Assembly (NCBI GenBank): GCA_037131085.1
Contig: JBAXRS010000003.1
Location: forward strand, 2,683 to 66,682
DNA from: Verrucomicrobiota bacterium
GTDB taxonomy: Bacteria; Verrucomicrobiota; Verrucomicrobiia; Opitutales; UBA953
Direction: 5' to 3'
DNA length: 64,000 nucleotides
Both the position numbers and the translations under genes were made by a program. Shown piece by piece: positions 56,125 to 64,000 of the stretch (its first letter is position 1; every line of letters begins with the position of its first letter). The notes under the pieces were generated by a model. The model was not told the origin of the DNA. It searched no databases and was given only the letters and a program-made list of their open reading frames with translations.

Positions 56125-56912
56125 ACGCTTTTAAAGGCTTTGAGAAGGGCAGCGGGGTTGGCTTCGCGCATCAGAGACTCGCCGACCAACAAAGCGTTAG
56201 CGCCTGCCGCTCGCATCCTGGCCGCATCATTTAAGTTCTTGATACCGCTTTCGGCGACCTTGAGAACGTGCGAAGGCATGTGGGGAATCACGCGTTCTGA
56301 AAAAGCTAGATCGATAGCGAAAGTGGAAAGATTACGATTATTGACCCCGACCATATCCGGTTGATGCGACAAGGCACGGATAAGCTCATCCTCATCGTGA
56401 ACTTCGAAGAGGACATCTAACCCGGCAAGCTTGGCCGCCCGATGCAAAGGACGGATCTCCTCATCAGAGAGGGCCCGGACGATGATCAATATGCAGCGAG
56501 CCCCATTCTGTGCCGCTTCGAGCACCTGATAGGGATGGAACAGGAAATCCTTACGAAGGCAGGGAAGGGGACGGGGACGACGAGCTTGTGCAAATGTTAC
56601 CTCCGTGAGATCTTTCAGCTCGCCTTTGAAATAAGTCGTTTCCGTCAAAACGGAGAGACAGTCGGCGCCCGCTTCGGCATAAGATTCGGCCTGCGCAACG
56701 GCATCCACATTCATGCGGATTGTGCCGACGCTCGGGGAAGCCCGTTTGACCTCGGCGATAACAGTCAAGTGACCAGGAGACACCAAAGACTGGCGAAAAC
56801 CAGGGGTGGTGTGGATGCTGGCAAAAGCCATTAGCTCGGCGTCAGCGACGGGTCGCAGCATGTGGGCGATTTCCTTTCGCTTCGCTTGCATGATTTCGGT
56901 TAATTTATCCAC
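56121..56912 (-). CDS. trpC: Indole-3-glycerol phosphate synthase
   Basis: VIAEVKRASPSVG, CLRKDF and VGVNNRNL motifs. It overlaps rsmA by 4 nt. Confidence 0.9.
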   Translation of the reverse strand: MDKLTEIMQAKRKEIAHMLRPVADAELMAFASIHTTPGFRQSLVSPGHLTVIAEVKRASPSVGTIRMNVDAVAQAESYAEAGADCLSVLTETTYFKGELKDLTEVTFAQARRPRPLPCLRKDFLFHPYQVLEAAQNGARCILIIVRALSDEEIRPLHRAAKLAGLDVLFEVHDEDELIRALSHQPDMVGVNNRNLSTFAIDLAFSERVIPHMPSHVLKVAESGIKNLNDAARMRAAGANALLVGESLMREANPAALLKAFKSV

Positions 56913-56987
56913 GAAGGATAACGAAAGACTCTATGGGCGGCTGGCAATCGTTTTGACTCCCGACCGTCAAGCCGTCTCGATGAACGC

Positions 56988-57647
56988 ATGCCCGGCATCG
57001 ACCTTCTGATAGCAACCACCGCCCGATTACGAGCTCCGGATGGGTGCCCTTGGGACAAAGAGCAAAACCATCGGACCCTCTGCGATTGCCTTATCGAAGA
57101 AGTCGCCGAACTTGTCCAAGCCATCGACCGGAACGACCTGGCGAACCTGCGCGAGGAACTAGGCGATTTGCTTTTTCACATTGTCATGCACGCTCAGATG
57201 GCCGCTGAAGAAGGACACTTTAATTTTGATGACGTGGCGAAAGAAGTGAACGATAAGATGATCAGAAGGCACCCGCATGTCTTCGGCGAAGGCGTCAAGT
57301 TAGACGACGCCGAGGCTGTCATCAAACAGTGGGAACAAATCAAACTTACCGAAAAAGGCCCTAAGAAGTCGACCCTCTTCAAAGAACTCCCACCTGCGCT
57401 CAACACCGTTCTCACCGCCCGTGAAGTCTGGAAACAAATTCAGAAAAAGGGTTATGATGCGGCGCAGACGGTGGATACCAAGAGCGTTGAATCCCTCCGA
57501 AAGAACCTGACGGAAGAACAGGCCGGACAGAAACTCTTCGAGATGATCGCTGCCTGCAGAGATTCGGGAATCGACCCTGATTCGGCCCTTCGTCGCCATA
57601 CGGCCAAAGTAGTCGCGACGGCCGAGAAAAATATCCGTTCGGCCTAA
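56988..57647 (+). CDS. mazG: Nucleoside triphosphate pyrophosphohydrolase MazG
   Basis: LRAPDGCPWDKEQNHRTL, EEVAELVQAI and EELGDLLFHIV motifs. Confidence 0.85.
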   Translation: MPGIDLLIATTARLRAPDGCPWDKEQNHRTLCDCLIEEVAELVQAIDRNDLANLREELGDLLFHIVMHAQMAAEEGHFNFDDVAKEVNDKMIRRHPHVFGEGVKLDDAEAVIKQWEQIKLTEKGPKKSTLFKELPPALNTVLTAREVWKQIQKKGYDAAQTVDTKSVESLRKNLTEEQAGQKLFEMIAACRDSGIDPDSALRRHTAKVVATAEKNIRSA

Positions 57648-57656
57648 GCCAAGCTC

Positions 57657-58379
57657 ATGGATTTTGACCCGATTTTAGTGAAAGTCGCCGGGAAGGTGAT
57701 CGAGGTTTGGCCCAAAGTTTCGAGCCGCTCCAATCGCGTACGCCTTGCCGTCAAACCAGGCCCAAAGATCATTCTTTCTTTTCCGCCCCATGGTTCACTG
57801 GCATCGGCCAAGGCCTTCCTGAAGGATAATCTACCTTGGCTTGAAAAGGTCGTTTCACGCAGCCGAACTGTCCAAACCTCATTGATTGATCACCTGACGA
57901 AGTTTTCTTGGTTAACCTTAGACGAAAGACATCTCGCAGTTGAGATTGCCCCTGGCACGCGTGCTTCGCTCAAAATCTCCAAGGAAGATGAAAGCGTAAA
58001 ATTAATCGTCCCAGAGGATGACCCCGAAGCTGGCGCCGTCCGAGCCCTCCGTCGCCTGGCCGAAACCGGCTTAAGCCTCGCCGTTGCCCGCCTCAGCGCC
58101 CGCGTGGGGGTCACCGTCTCGCAAGTGAGCGTTCGTGACCAAACTACCCGTTGGGGCTCTTGCTCGTCCAGCGGTACGCTTTCATTGAATTGGCGGCTGA
58201 TCCTGCTTCCACCGATGCTGCACGATCACGTCATTTTGCACGAACTATCTCACCGCAAGCACATGGACCATTCGCCTCGCTTTTGGAATCAGTTGGCAGC
58301 GTGGGACCCCGAATGGGAAAAGCACGACCAAGCACTCACACGTCGGTGGAATGTCATCATGGATCTCGGTCGCGCATGA
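57657..58379 (+). CDS. YgjP-like metal-dependent hydrolase (DUF45 / M48-related, HExxH)
   Basis: VILHELSHRKHMDHSPRFW (HExxH plus a downstream His), which is the typical DUF45 C-terminus. Confidence 0.75.
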   Translation: MDFDPILVKVAGKVIEVWPKVSSRSNRVRLAVKPGPKIILSFPPHGSLASAKAFLKDNLPWLEKVVSRSRTVQTSLIDHLTKFSWLTLDERHLAVEIAPGTRASLKISKEDESVKLIVPEDDPEAGAVRALRRLAETGLSLAVARLSARVGVTVSQVSVRDQTTRWGSCSSSGTLSLNWRLILLPPMLHDHVILHELSHRKHMDHSPRFWNQLAAWDPEWEKHDQALTRRWNVIMDLGRA

Positions 58380-58921
58380 GTAACGAGATTGGCCAATCGC
58401 TCGATGAGGTTTTTGACGTCGTCGATGCGGAGGATCGGGTAATCAGTTCGAATCATCGCGGTGAAATTCATCGGCTTGGCCTAAGACATCGGGCGATTCA
58501 TATTTTTTGGCGCCGAACGGACGGTCGCATCTGCTTGCAGCGCAGATCTTTCGCTAAAGATCATTGCCCCGGCTTGCTGAGTTCATCCTGTGCGGGACAT
58601 GTCGATGCCGGCGAAACCTACCAGGGCGCCGCCGTTCGTGAATTACGCGAAGAGCTCGGGGTGATCTTACCCGCATCCTCGCTTCATGAAATCGACTATG
58701 CACCCAGTCATCCGGCTTTAGGCAACGAGTTCGTCCGCGCCTATTTCATGGAGGGCGATTTCACGACTACCTTGGCAAGGGCGGAGGTCGATGCGATCTT
58801 GTGGCGTTACCCGCAAGAAATCGACGAATGGATACATTCAGCTGCCGACTGGTTCGCACCCCCTTTGGTCCATCTGCTCGCGCGGCCAGCTATACGTGAT
58901 AAATTATCCCTTCGCGGATAA
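58376..58921 (+). CDS. NUDIX hydrolase
   Basis: Nudix box GHVDAGETYQGAAVRELREELGV. The ATG at 58376 overlaps the upstream stop codon (ATGA). Confidence 0.8.
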   Translation: MSNEIGQSLDEVFDVVDAEDRVISSNHRGEIHRLGLRHRAIHIFWRRTDGRICLQRRSFAKDHCPGLLSSSCAGHVDAGETYQGAAVRELREELGVILPASSLHEIDYAPSHPALGNEFVRAYFMEGDFTTTLARAEVDAILWRYPQEIDEWIHSAADWFAPPLVHLLARPAIRDKLSLRG

Positions 58922-58965
58922 GTGTTTGAGTTCGACCCCATACTGGAAGATAAGATTCAAGCCCC

Positions 58966-59613
58966 GTGACCACTCCCGACGCCGCCGATAAGCCTGTAAC
59001 CGTCCCATGGTACCATTGGCTATGGGTGGGACCCTTAGCCGTCTTCCTGCGCCTCTGGCTGTCGACCTTAAGAATCCGTTGCAACATCCCTCGTTTTGAT
59101 GATTCCAACGGCGCGTCGATTATCATCTTGTGGCACGATCGCCTCTTCGTTTCCGCTTTGATCGCGAACCGATTCTTTAATCGACCCGTGACCGCTTTGA
59201 TCAGCACCAGTAAAGACGGGTCGTGGTTGGTGGCATTTTACCGGCTCATGGGACTAAGGGCTGTACGCGGATCCTCCAACCGCCGCGGTGCTGCCGCCCT
59301 CATTGCGCTCACCCGTGAAATTAGGCAGGGGAATCATGCGGGCGTCACCCCTGATGGGCCGAAAGGTCCGCGCCGAGAATTCAAACTGGGCGCCATCGCT
59401 TTAGCCAAATTAACCCGCCGGCCTTTCGCCCTCATGGGCATTAACTACACCCGTGCATGGCATCTAAAAAGCTGGGATTCCTTCGCACTTCCGTGGCCCT
59501 TCTCCGAAGTGGAAGTCACGCTAGAAACCATCGGCGTGAGTCCGGGAGAAGAAACCGATGAAGATGCAGCGCGACGCATCAGTCATCGCCTCACCGCTTT
59601 GTCGGGCAAGTGA
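58966..59613 (+). CDS. DUF374-family protein (lysophospholipid-acyltransferase-like)
   Basis: ISTSKDGSWLV...RGSSNRRGAAAL...GVTPDGPKGPRREFKLG matches the DUF374 signature as I recall it. Confidence 0.7.
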   Translation: MTTPDAADKPVTVPWYHWLWVGPLAVFLRLWLSTLRIRCNIPRFDDSNGASIIILWHDRLFVSALIANRFFNRPVTALISTSKDGSWLVAFYRLMGLRAVRGSSNRRGAAALIALTREIRQGNHAGVTPDGPKGPRREFKLGAIALAKLTRRPFALMGINYTRAWHLKSWDSFALPWPFSEVEVTLETIGVSPGEETDEDAARRISHRLTALSGK

Positions 59614-59614
59614 T

Positions 59615-60205
59615 TTAAGCCCGCCCAAGCAGGCGGGCAGAATATTTAGCGAGTAAATCAGTCTCGATATTCATCTTATCTCCGACTTTCTTCTGGGCTA
59701 AATGGGTTACTGTCAGGGTATGCGGAATGATCCAAAGGCTGCATCCGCCTGGAATTATTTCCGCGACCGTCAAGGACATGCCATCGATAGAAAGGCAGCC
59801 TTTCTTGGCAATATATGCCAAATGCACCTCTGGAATACTTAAGTCTAATCTCCAATCCGGGCCCACTTGCCCCCAGAAAGTTATCGCAGCCATCGCATCG
59901 ATATGACCCGTGACGAAATGTCCACCCATGCGATCCGTTGGAAGAAGACTGGGCTCCAGATTGACAACCGATTGGGCATCCAAATCTCCGAGGTTCGTGA
60001 GCCGCAGAGTCTCCGCGAGAATATCAAATGAAGCATTATCATCCGCGGGGTCCGTCACCGTGAGGCAGCAACCATTGATAGCGATACTGTCACCCGAGCG
60101 AGCATGACGGAAAAGAGGGTGGCGCAGCGTCAAGCGAGCACCTACTGCACCTCGGGAAATAAGGGAGACAACCTTACCTGTGCCTTGAACTAAGCCGGTG
60201 AACAT
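59615..60205 (-). CDS. ribE: Riboflavin synthase
   Basis: MFTGLVQGTGKV start and the internal repeat GHFVTGHID. 196 aa. Confidence 0.9.
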   Translation of the reverse strand: MFTGLVQGTGKVVSLISRGAVGARLTLRHPLFRHARSGDSIAINGCCLTVTDPADDNASFDILAETLRLTNLGDLDAQSVVNLEPSLLPTDRMGGHFVTGHIDAMAAITFWGQVGPDWRLDLSIPEVHLAYIAKKGCLSIDGMSLTVAEIIPGGCSLWIIPHTLTVTHLAQKKVGDKMNIETDLLAKYSARLLGRA

Positions 60206-60241
60206 ACCAAAGAAAAAGGGCCGCTTGACGGCCCCAAGTGG

Positions 60242-60538
60242 TCAGTTTTGTTTACCTTCTTGTGCTCGCTTGGCTTTTTCTTCGGCTTCGATCTTAGCCC
60301 TAACGGCGGCACGCTCTTCCTCCTCGATTTGCTTAAGCCGCACCTTGCGGCGCTCGTCTTCTTCGACGGCGTTACGTACTTCGGTTTCGACCTCTTCCGA
60401 GGCCTTTTTAAATTCGCGCTTAGCTTTGCCGAGGCCACGAGCAAGCTCGGGAATCTTAGAGCCGCCAAAGAGAAGGAGGGCTACTGCGAGAATGGCCCAG
60501 AATACTGGGCCGTCAAGCATGGCGAGAGAGAGGTGCAT
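60242..60538 (-). CDS. tatA: Twin-arginine translocase subunit TatA/E
   Basis: TM helix followed by [23 protein letters not shown] and a charged tail. I chose the ATG at 60538. Confidence 0.85.
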   Translation of the reverse strand: MHLSLAMLDGPVFWAILAVALLLFGGSKIPELARGLGKAKREFKKASEEVETEVRNAVEEDERRKVRLKQIEEEERAAVRAKIEAEEKAKRAQEGKQN

Positions 60539-60593
60539 AGGTTTGCGGTTGCTGGGATAGTCTGAGTGGTAAACATTCAGGCAAGTTGCCCCC

Positions 60594-60875
60594 ATGTCAA
60601 CCCATGTCTCTCATCGCGATGTCTGGTATACCGGCCACGTCCAAGGCGTAGGCTTTAGGGCTCAGGTCATGACCGTAGCCAGGGGGTTTGACGTCACCGG
60701 ATACATCCAAAACCTATTGGACGGCAGGGTTTACCTGCATGCGGAAGGAGCGGGTAAAGAGATTGAAAAATTCACCGAGCAAATCGCCGTCACGCTCGAT
60801 GGCCATATAAAGTCTGAAGAAATCCGGGAGTTTTCCGGCGTCAGAACCTGTCGCGATTTTCGCATTAAACAATGA
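60594..60875 (+). CDS. acyP: Acylphosphatase
   Basis: [12 protein letters not shown] and [11 protein letters not shown] motifs. 93 aa. Confidence 0.85.
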   Translation: MSTHVSHRDVWYTGHVQGVGFRAQVMTVARGFDVTGYIQNLLDGRVYLHAEGAGKEIEKFTEQIAVTLDGHIKSEEIREFSGVRTCRDFRIKQ

Positions 60876-61723
60876 CCTCCGCCATCTCAGTCCGGCACCT
60901 AACCAAAGACTTTAAAATGGGTTTACGGGGGCTTAAATTAAGGGCGGTGGATAATCTTAGTTTGGAGATCCCGCGCGGACAAGTCTACGGCCTGCTGGGT
61001 CCGAATGGTTGCGGAAAAAGTACGACGCTAAAAATCGTCCTCGGGCTGGTCGCTGGCACGAGCGGCGAAATCACTATTCTCGGATTTCCTTCCGCCACAG
61101 CGGAAGCTCGGCGTCGGACCGGCTTCCTGCCCGAAGCTCCCTATTTTCATAAATTCCTTTCGGGACGCGAACTGGTCCGGTACTGCGCGCAACTGAGCGG
61201 AGTTTCGGCAATCAAGATGGAGTCCGCCGTCGAAGCGGCCCTCGAGCTTGCCGCAATGACGGAAGCAGCCAGCCGGCCGATTGGTACATATTCCAAAGGC
61301 ATGCTCCAACGGATCGGCTTAGCCCAAGCCATCGTCCATGACCCCGAACTGGTCATCTTGGACGAACCGACCGCCGGCGTTGATCCGGTCGGTGCGGCGG
61401 CAATCGGACGCATGATCCGAACGATGCGCGATCAAGGAAAAACCGTCGTCCTTTGTTCGCACCTTTTAGGCCAAGTCGAACAAGTGTGCGACCGCGTCGC
61501 CATCATGGATCACGGACGATTAGTCCTAGAGGGTAGGGTAGATGAGGTCTTGGCACAACGTGACCGGCACCTGTTAACCATCGAAGGGCTCACCCCGGAA
61601 GCTCGCTTAGCCGCCGAAAGTGCCCTAGCGGCCCACGGCGCCAGAGTGCGGTCCGTCACCCATCCACGTCGTTCGTTAGAAGAACTCTTTCGTGAACTTG
61701 TGACTGGAAGCCGTGACGCTTAA
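60872..61723 (+). CDS. ABC transporter ATP-binding protein (ABC-2 type)
   Basis: Walker A GPNGCGKST, signature SKGMLQRIGLAQA, Walker B LVILDEPTAGVD. It has an ATGA overlap with acyP. Confidence 0.9.
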   Translation: MTSAISVRHLTKDFKMGLRGLKLRAVDNLSLEIPRGQVYGLLGPNGCGKSTTLKIVLGLVAGTSGEITILGFPSATAEARRRTGFLPEAPYFHKFLSGRELVRYCAQLSGVSAIKMESAVEAALELAAMTEAASRPIGTYSKGMLQRIGLAQAIVHDPELVILDEPTAGVDPVGAAAIGRMIRTMRDQGKTVVLCSHLLGQVEQVCDRVAIMDHGRLVLEGRVDEVLAQRDRHLLTIEGLTPEARLAAESALAAHGARVRSVTHPRRSLEELFRELVTGSRDA

Positions 61724-62561
61724 TATCATGAAACCAAGCTTACTTCGTTGCGGATGGATTGCCCGCATGACTTTCCTCGAAGCCGTTCGGCAAAAATTTT
61801 TCGCTTTCTTAATTATCCTCGGCGCCGCCATGGTCCTTTCGTCGGTGGCTTTCCGTTTCCTTGATTTTGGGCATGGTGAGCTCAAATTTATCGCCGACTT
61901 TGGCTTCGGTGGCATGTTCTTATTTGGCTCCATTTTAGCCGTCGTCATGACCGCTCAGCTCTTTTTTGCGGAAATGGATAACCGGACGGCGCTGACTCTC
62001 TTAGCGAAACCCCTGAGCCGAGCGGAATTCTTGATCGGGAAATTCTTTGGCGTGTGGATGATTTTAGGCTTATTTGTTATCATCCTCTCGGCCCTGCTTG
62101 GGTTAGTCCTTTGGGGAAGGGCCCAAGAATTAAGCCTGCTGGCCGAACAATCTGGACGGGTGGCCCCTGACTTCAGCATCGGCGGCTTAGGTATCTTCGC
62201 GGTGTTGCAATGGCTGCGACTCAGCGTCGTGGCCGCCATTGTCTTAGCCGTTGCCGCGGCGGCTCGCACGTTTCTTTTCGCCGTCATCCTGGGAGCCTTG
62301 ACGGTTGTCGCCGGTCAGCTCCAATGGATTGCCCAAGACGTCTTATTGAAGCCGACCGAATCGTTACTTTATAAAAGCATCCTTTGGCTGACCTCGCGGA
62401 TTCTGCCTAACCTCCAACAATTCAACATCGGAGATGCGCTGGTCCTGGACTCCGGAACCGTGGCGGTGACTTCGATCGGCTGGGTCGTCCTTTCAGGGCT
62501 TCTTTACACGACGGCTTATCTCTTGCTGGGTACCCTCGTTTTTCGTCGACGCGAAATCTAG
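61713..62561 (+). CDS. ABC-2 family permease
   Basis: Six or so hydrophobic spans immediately after the ATPase gene. The start is either 61713 (11-nt overlap) or the ATG at 61728. Confidence 0.65.
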   Translation: MTLNIMKPSLLRCGWIARMTFLEAVRQKFFAFLIILGAAMVLSSVAFRFLDFGHGELKFIADFGFGGMFLFGSILAVVMTAQLFFAEMDNRTALTLLAKPLSRAEFLIGKFFGVWMILGLFVIILSALLGLVLWGRAQELSLLAEQSGRVAPDFSIGGLGIFAVLQWLRLSVVAAIVLAVAAAARTFLFAVILGALTVVAGQLQWIAQDVLLKPTESLLYKSILWLTSRILPNLQQFNIGDALVLDSGTVAVTSIGWVVLSGLLYTTAYLLLGTLVFRRREI

Positions 62562-62563
62562 TC

Positions 62564-63331
62564 ATGCGCCTCCGAGGAACATGGATCGCCTGCTTGGCCT
62601 TGCTGTTGGCCGCCGGGGCGTTGAGCGAAAGGTCCTGGCTAAGCGTCCGCACCTGCATTCCCGAAATCGGCCCCAAGCAAATCGAACCGACCATCGGACA
62701 AGGGGTCTTATTAGGAATACTTGGCGGTTTCCGTACCGTGATTGCCGATATGACCTGGATTCGCAGTTATGTGCTATGGGAACGGAAGGATCGGCCGGGT
62801 TGCGAAACCCTCATGCGCACCGCTTGTGCGCTCGATCCGCATGCGCGTTATTTCTGGGAGAATACAGGGTATGCCCTTGGGTATGACATGGCGCATTGGG
62901 AAATTCGCCGTCGGGGTGGCTACGCCAAGGTTCCGAAAGAAATCCAAGATCACTTGTTCAAGTCTTATGCTCGGAAGGGCTTGGAAGTATTGGACGAAGG
63001 CGTCCGACTTACCAAAGGACGGGCCGCCCTCTTAGTCTTCGCCGGACAGCTTGCCGAAATGAAACTTGGCGATAAGCAACGGGCCGCCGATTATTACCGC
63101 CAAGCGGCTAATACAGACTCACCGCCTTGGTATGCGGCGCGTTTCTGCGCCCGCAACGAATGGGATGCCGGCCACCCGATGGAAGCCTACGTCTGGTTCA
63201 AGAATTACTGGCTAGACCGACTGAGCAAAGATTCAGACCACGCACCGGATGACTTGGCGCTGATCCGCGACATGGAGACGAACCTAAAGATTAATCTTCT
63301 TACGCGGATTCCCCGGCAGGCGTGGGAATAA
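62564..63331 (+). CDS. Hypothetical membrane-anchored protein (helical, TPR-like character)
   Basis: It starts 2 nt after the permease gene. It has an N-terminal signal/TM segment and a second TM, then a helical Trp/Tyr-rich region. I recognise no family. Confidence 0.5.
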   Translation: MRLRGTWIACLALLLAAGALSERSWLSVRTCIPEIGPKQIEPTIGQGVLLGILGGFRTVIADMTWIRSYVLWERKDRPGCETLMRTACALDPHARYFWENTGYALGYDMAHWEIRRRGGYAKVPKEIQDHLFKSYARKGLEVLDEGVRLTKGRAALLVFAGQLAEMKLGDKQRAADYYRQAANTDSPPWYAARFCARNEWDAGHPMEAYVWFKNYWLDRLSKDSDHAPDDLALIRDMETNLKINLLTRIPRQAWE

Positions 63332-63334
63332 TAA

Positions 63335-64000
63335 TTAGAAAGGCTCGTTGCTACTTTCGGCCTTTTTCTCCCCCTTGGGAACGCGCGGCTTACGAGGTGG
63401 GAATTCGAACCACCAGCCTTTGGATTTATCGGCAATCAAGAAGGCTTCAAAGGTCCTTCTTGTCCGGTTGGAAACAAATTTCTTCAGCCCTGTCTTCCCC
63501 TCGTTTAATAAACGCGAGATATCTTCCGGCGAGATCGGGCATTTAAGCATCTCCTGATTCAGGCTGAAAGTTTTCTTCGCACCCGCCTCTTTGGCTTTCT
63601 GGGGGCAAACCCGATACCCGGCAGTGGGCGTCTGTTGAACCTGCAGCCCGCTGACTGGGCAGATACCGAGCACCGGCCAAGTGGTCTCAAAGGCATCAGG
63701 ATTGCCGTCAGCGCCCTCGCGCGGCGGGAAGTAGAGGATGGCCTTCAACTTACCACTCAAAGCCTTGGGCTTGGTCTTACGGGGGGCTTTGGCCGGCTTC
63801 GTCTCGTCTTCAGCGCCTTCCGGCTTGGTTTCAGCAGGAGTTTGGGCCGCCTTTGCCTCGGCAGCCTTGTTCGCCTTGATGATATCTTCGTCTACCAGGT
63901 CGATGAAGCCGGTGAAATTCTTGCCTGACTTCATCGACTTAAAGTCGCTGAAAGGACCGATGCGACGTTGGTCGACGAGTTCCGCGACTTCCGCCGGGGT
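63335..64000 (-). CDS. Type IA DNA topoisomerase (probably topoisomerase III), C-terminal fragment; the gene continues past the window end
   Basis: The minus-strand frame stays open to base 64000 (…TPAEVAELVDQRRIGPFSDFKSMKSGKNFTGFIDL…). Repeats of the type LL..GKT.L..F.S.r.rr.F.A.L (e.g. LLNEGKTGLKKFVSNRTRRTFEAFLI) resemble the topoisomerase C-terminal repeat domain. Confidence 0.5.
   Translation of the reverse strand, partial: TPAEVAELVDQRRIGPFSDFKSMKSGKNFTGFIDLVDEDIIKANKAAEAKAAQTPAETKPEGAEDETKPAKAPRKTKPKALSGKLKAILYFPPREGADGNPDAFETTWPVLGICPVSGLQVQQTPTAGYRVCPQKAKEAGAKKTFSLNQEMLKCPISPEDISRLLNEGKTGLKKFVSNRTRRTFEAFLIADKSKGWWFEFPPRKPRVPKGEKKAESSNEPF

Noticed and set aside
59615-60241. An FMN riboswitch upstream of ribE.
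   Set aside because: Only 36 nt separate ribE from the tatA stop codon, which is far too short for an FMN element. No FMN-like conserved segments are seen there.
1-64000. Scanned by eye for CRISPR-like regularly spaced repeats, tRNA T-arm motifs (GGTTCGAATCC-like), rRNA, IS terminal inverted repeats, and integrase, transposase or phage genes.
   Set aside because: None found. The only GTTCGAA/GTTCAATCC-like strings (e.g. near 63405 and 10935) lie inside well-supported CDSs and lack acceptor-stem pairing. A manual scan is not exhaustive, so tRNAscan-SE, Infernal and a CRISPR finder should confirm this.

Overview
This is a dense, mostly housekeeping chromosomal segment with about 62 protein genes and one ncRNA, and almost no non-coding space. 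The gene content points to a PVC-superphylum genome, probably Verrucomicrobiota. It includes a PVC-type CxxCH heme protein with a discoidin domain, two sulfatases, and Gfo/Idh/MocA plus TIM-barrel sugar genes. It also includes YHYH, HupE/UreJ-like and PEBP-like secreted proteins, and several thiol-redox proteins (Trx-like, Grx-like, DsbD-like, Sco-like).

Recognisable core genes are truA, ruvX, moeB-like, a pal-like OmpA gene, prfB, valS, nagB, the sucA-sucB-lpdA 2-oxoglutarate dehydrogenase operon, rimO, rsmA, trpC, mazG, ribE, tatA and acyP. There is also an Mla/MCE lipid ABC transporter, an SNF2 helicase and the 3' end of a type IA topoisomerase gene. One small SRP (4.5S) RNA gene lies at about 44984-45086.

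Reading by eye, I found no rRNA, tRNA, CRISPR array, transposase, integrase, phage gene or canonical defence system. I therefore cannot point to one clear-cut novel system. The candidates below are all inference from motifs and gene order, and none is database-verified:
- An eight-gene, overlap-coupled operon that joins the MCE/Mla transporter to DUF5069, a SPOUT-like protein, an orphan protein and an AmpG-like MFS permease. It sits divergent from an overlap-coupled LpxR-Ppx-Sco(CX5C)-HxHP cluster.
- A YHYH / sulfatase / PEBP / HupE-UreJ secreted-protein operon whose products carry Gly/Lys-rich tails.
- A valS-led seven-gene amino-sugar operon (NagB, ROK kinase, PIG-L deacetylase, nucleotidyltransferase, NahK-like kinase, 4-epimerase).
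- A 238-aa single-chain protein with two retropepsin DTG lobes.
- A Cys/His-rich orphan gene 3 nt downstream of the 2-oxoglutarate dehydrogenase operon.
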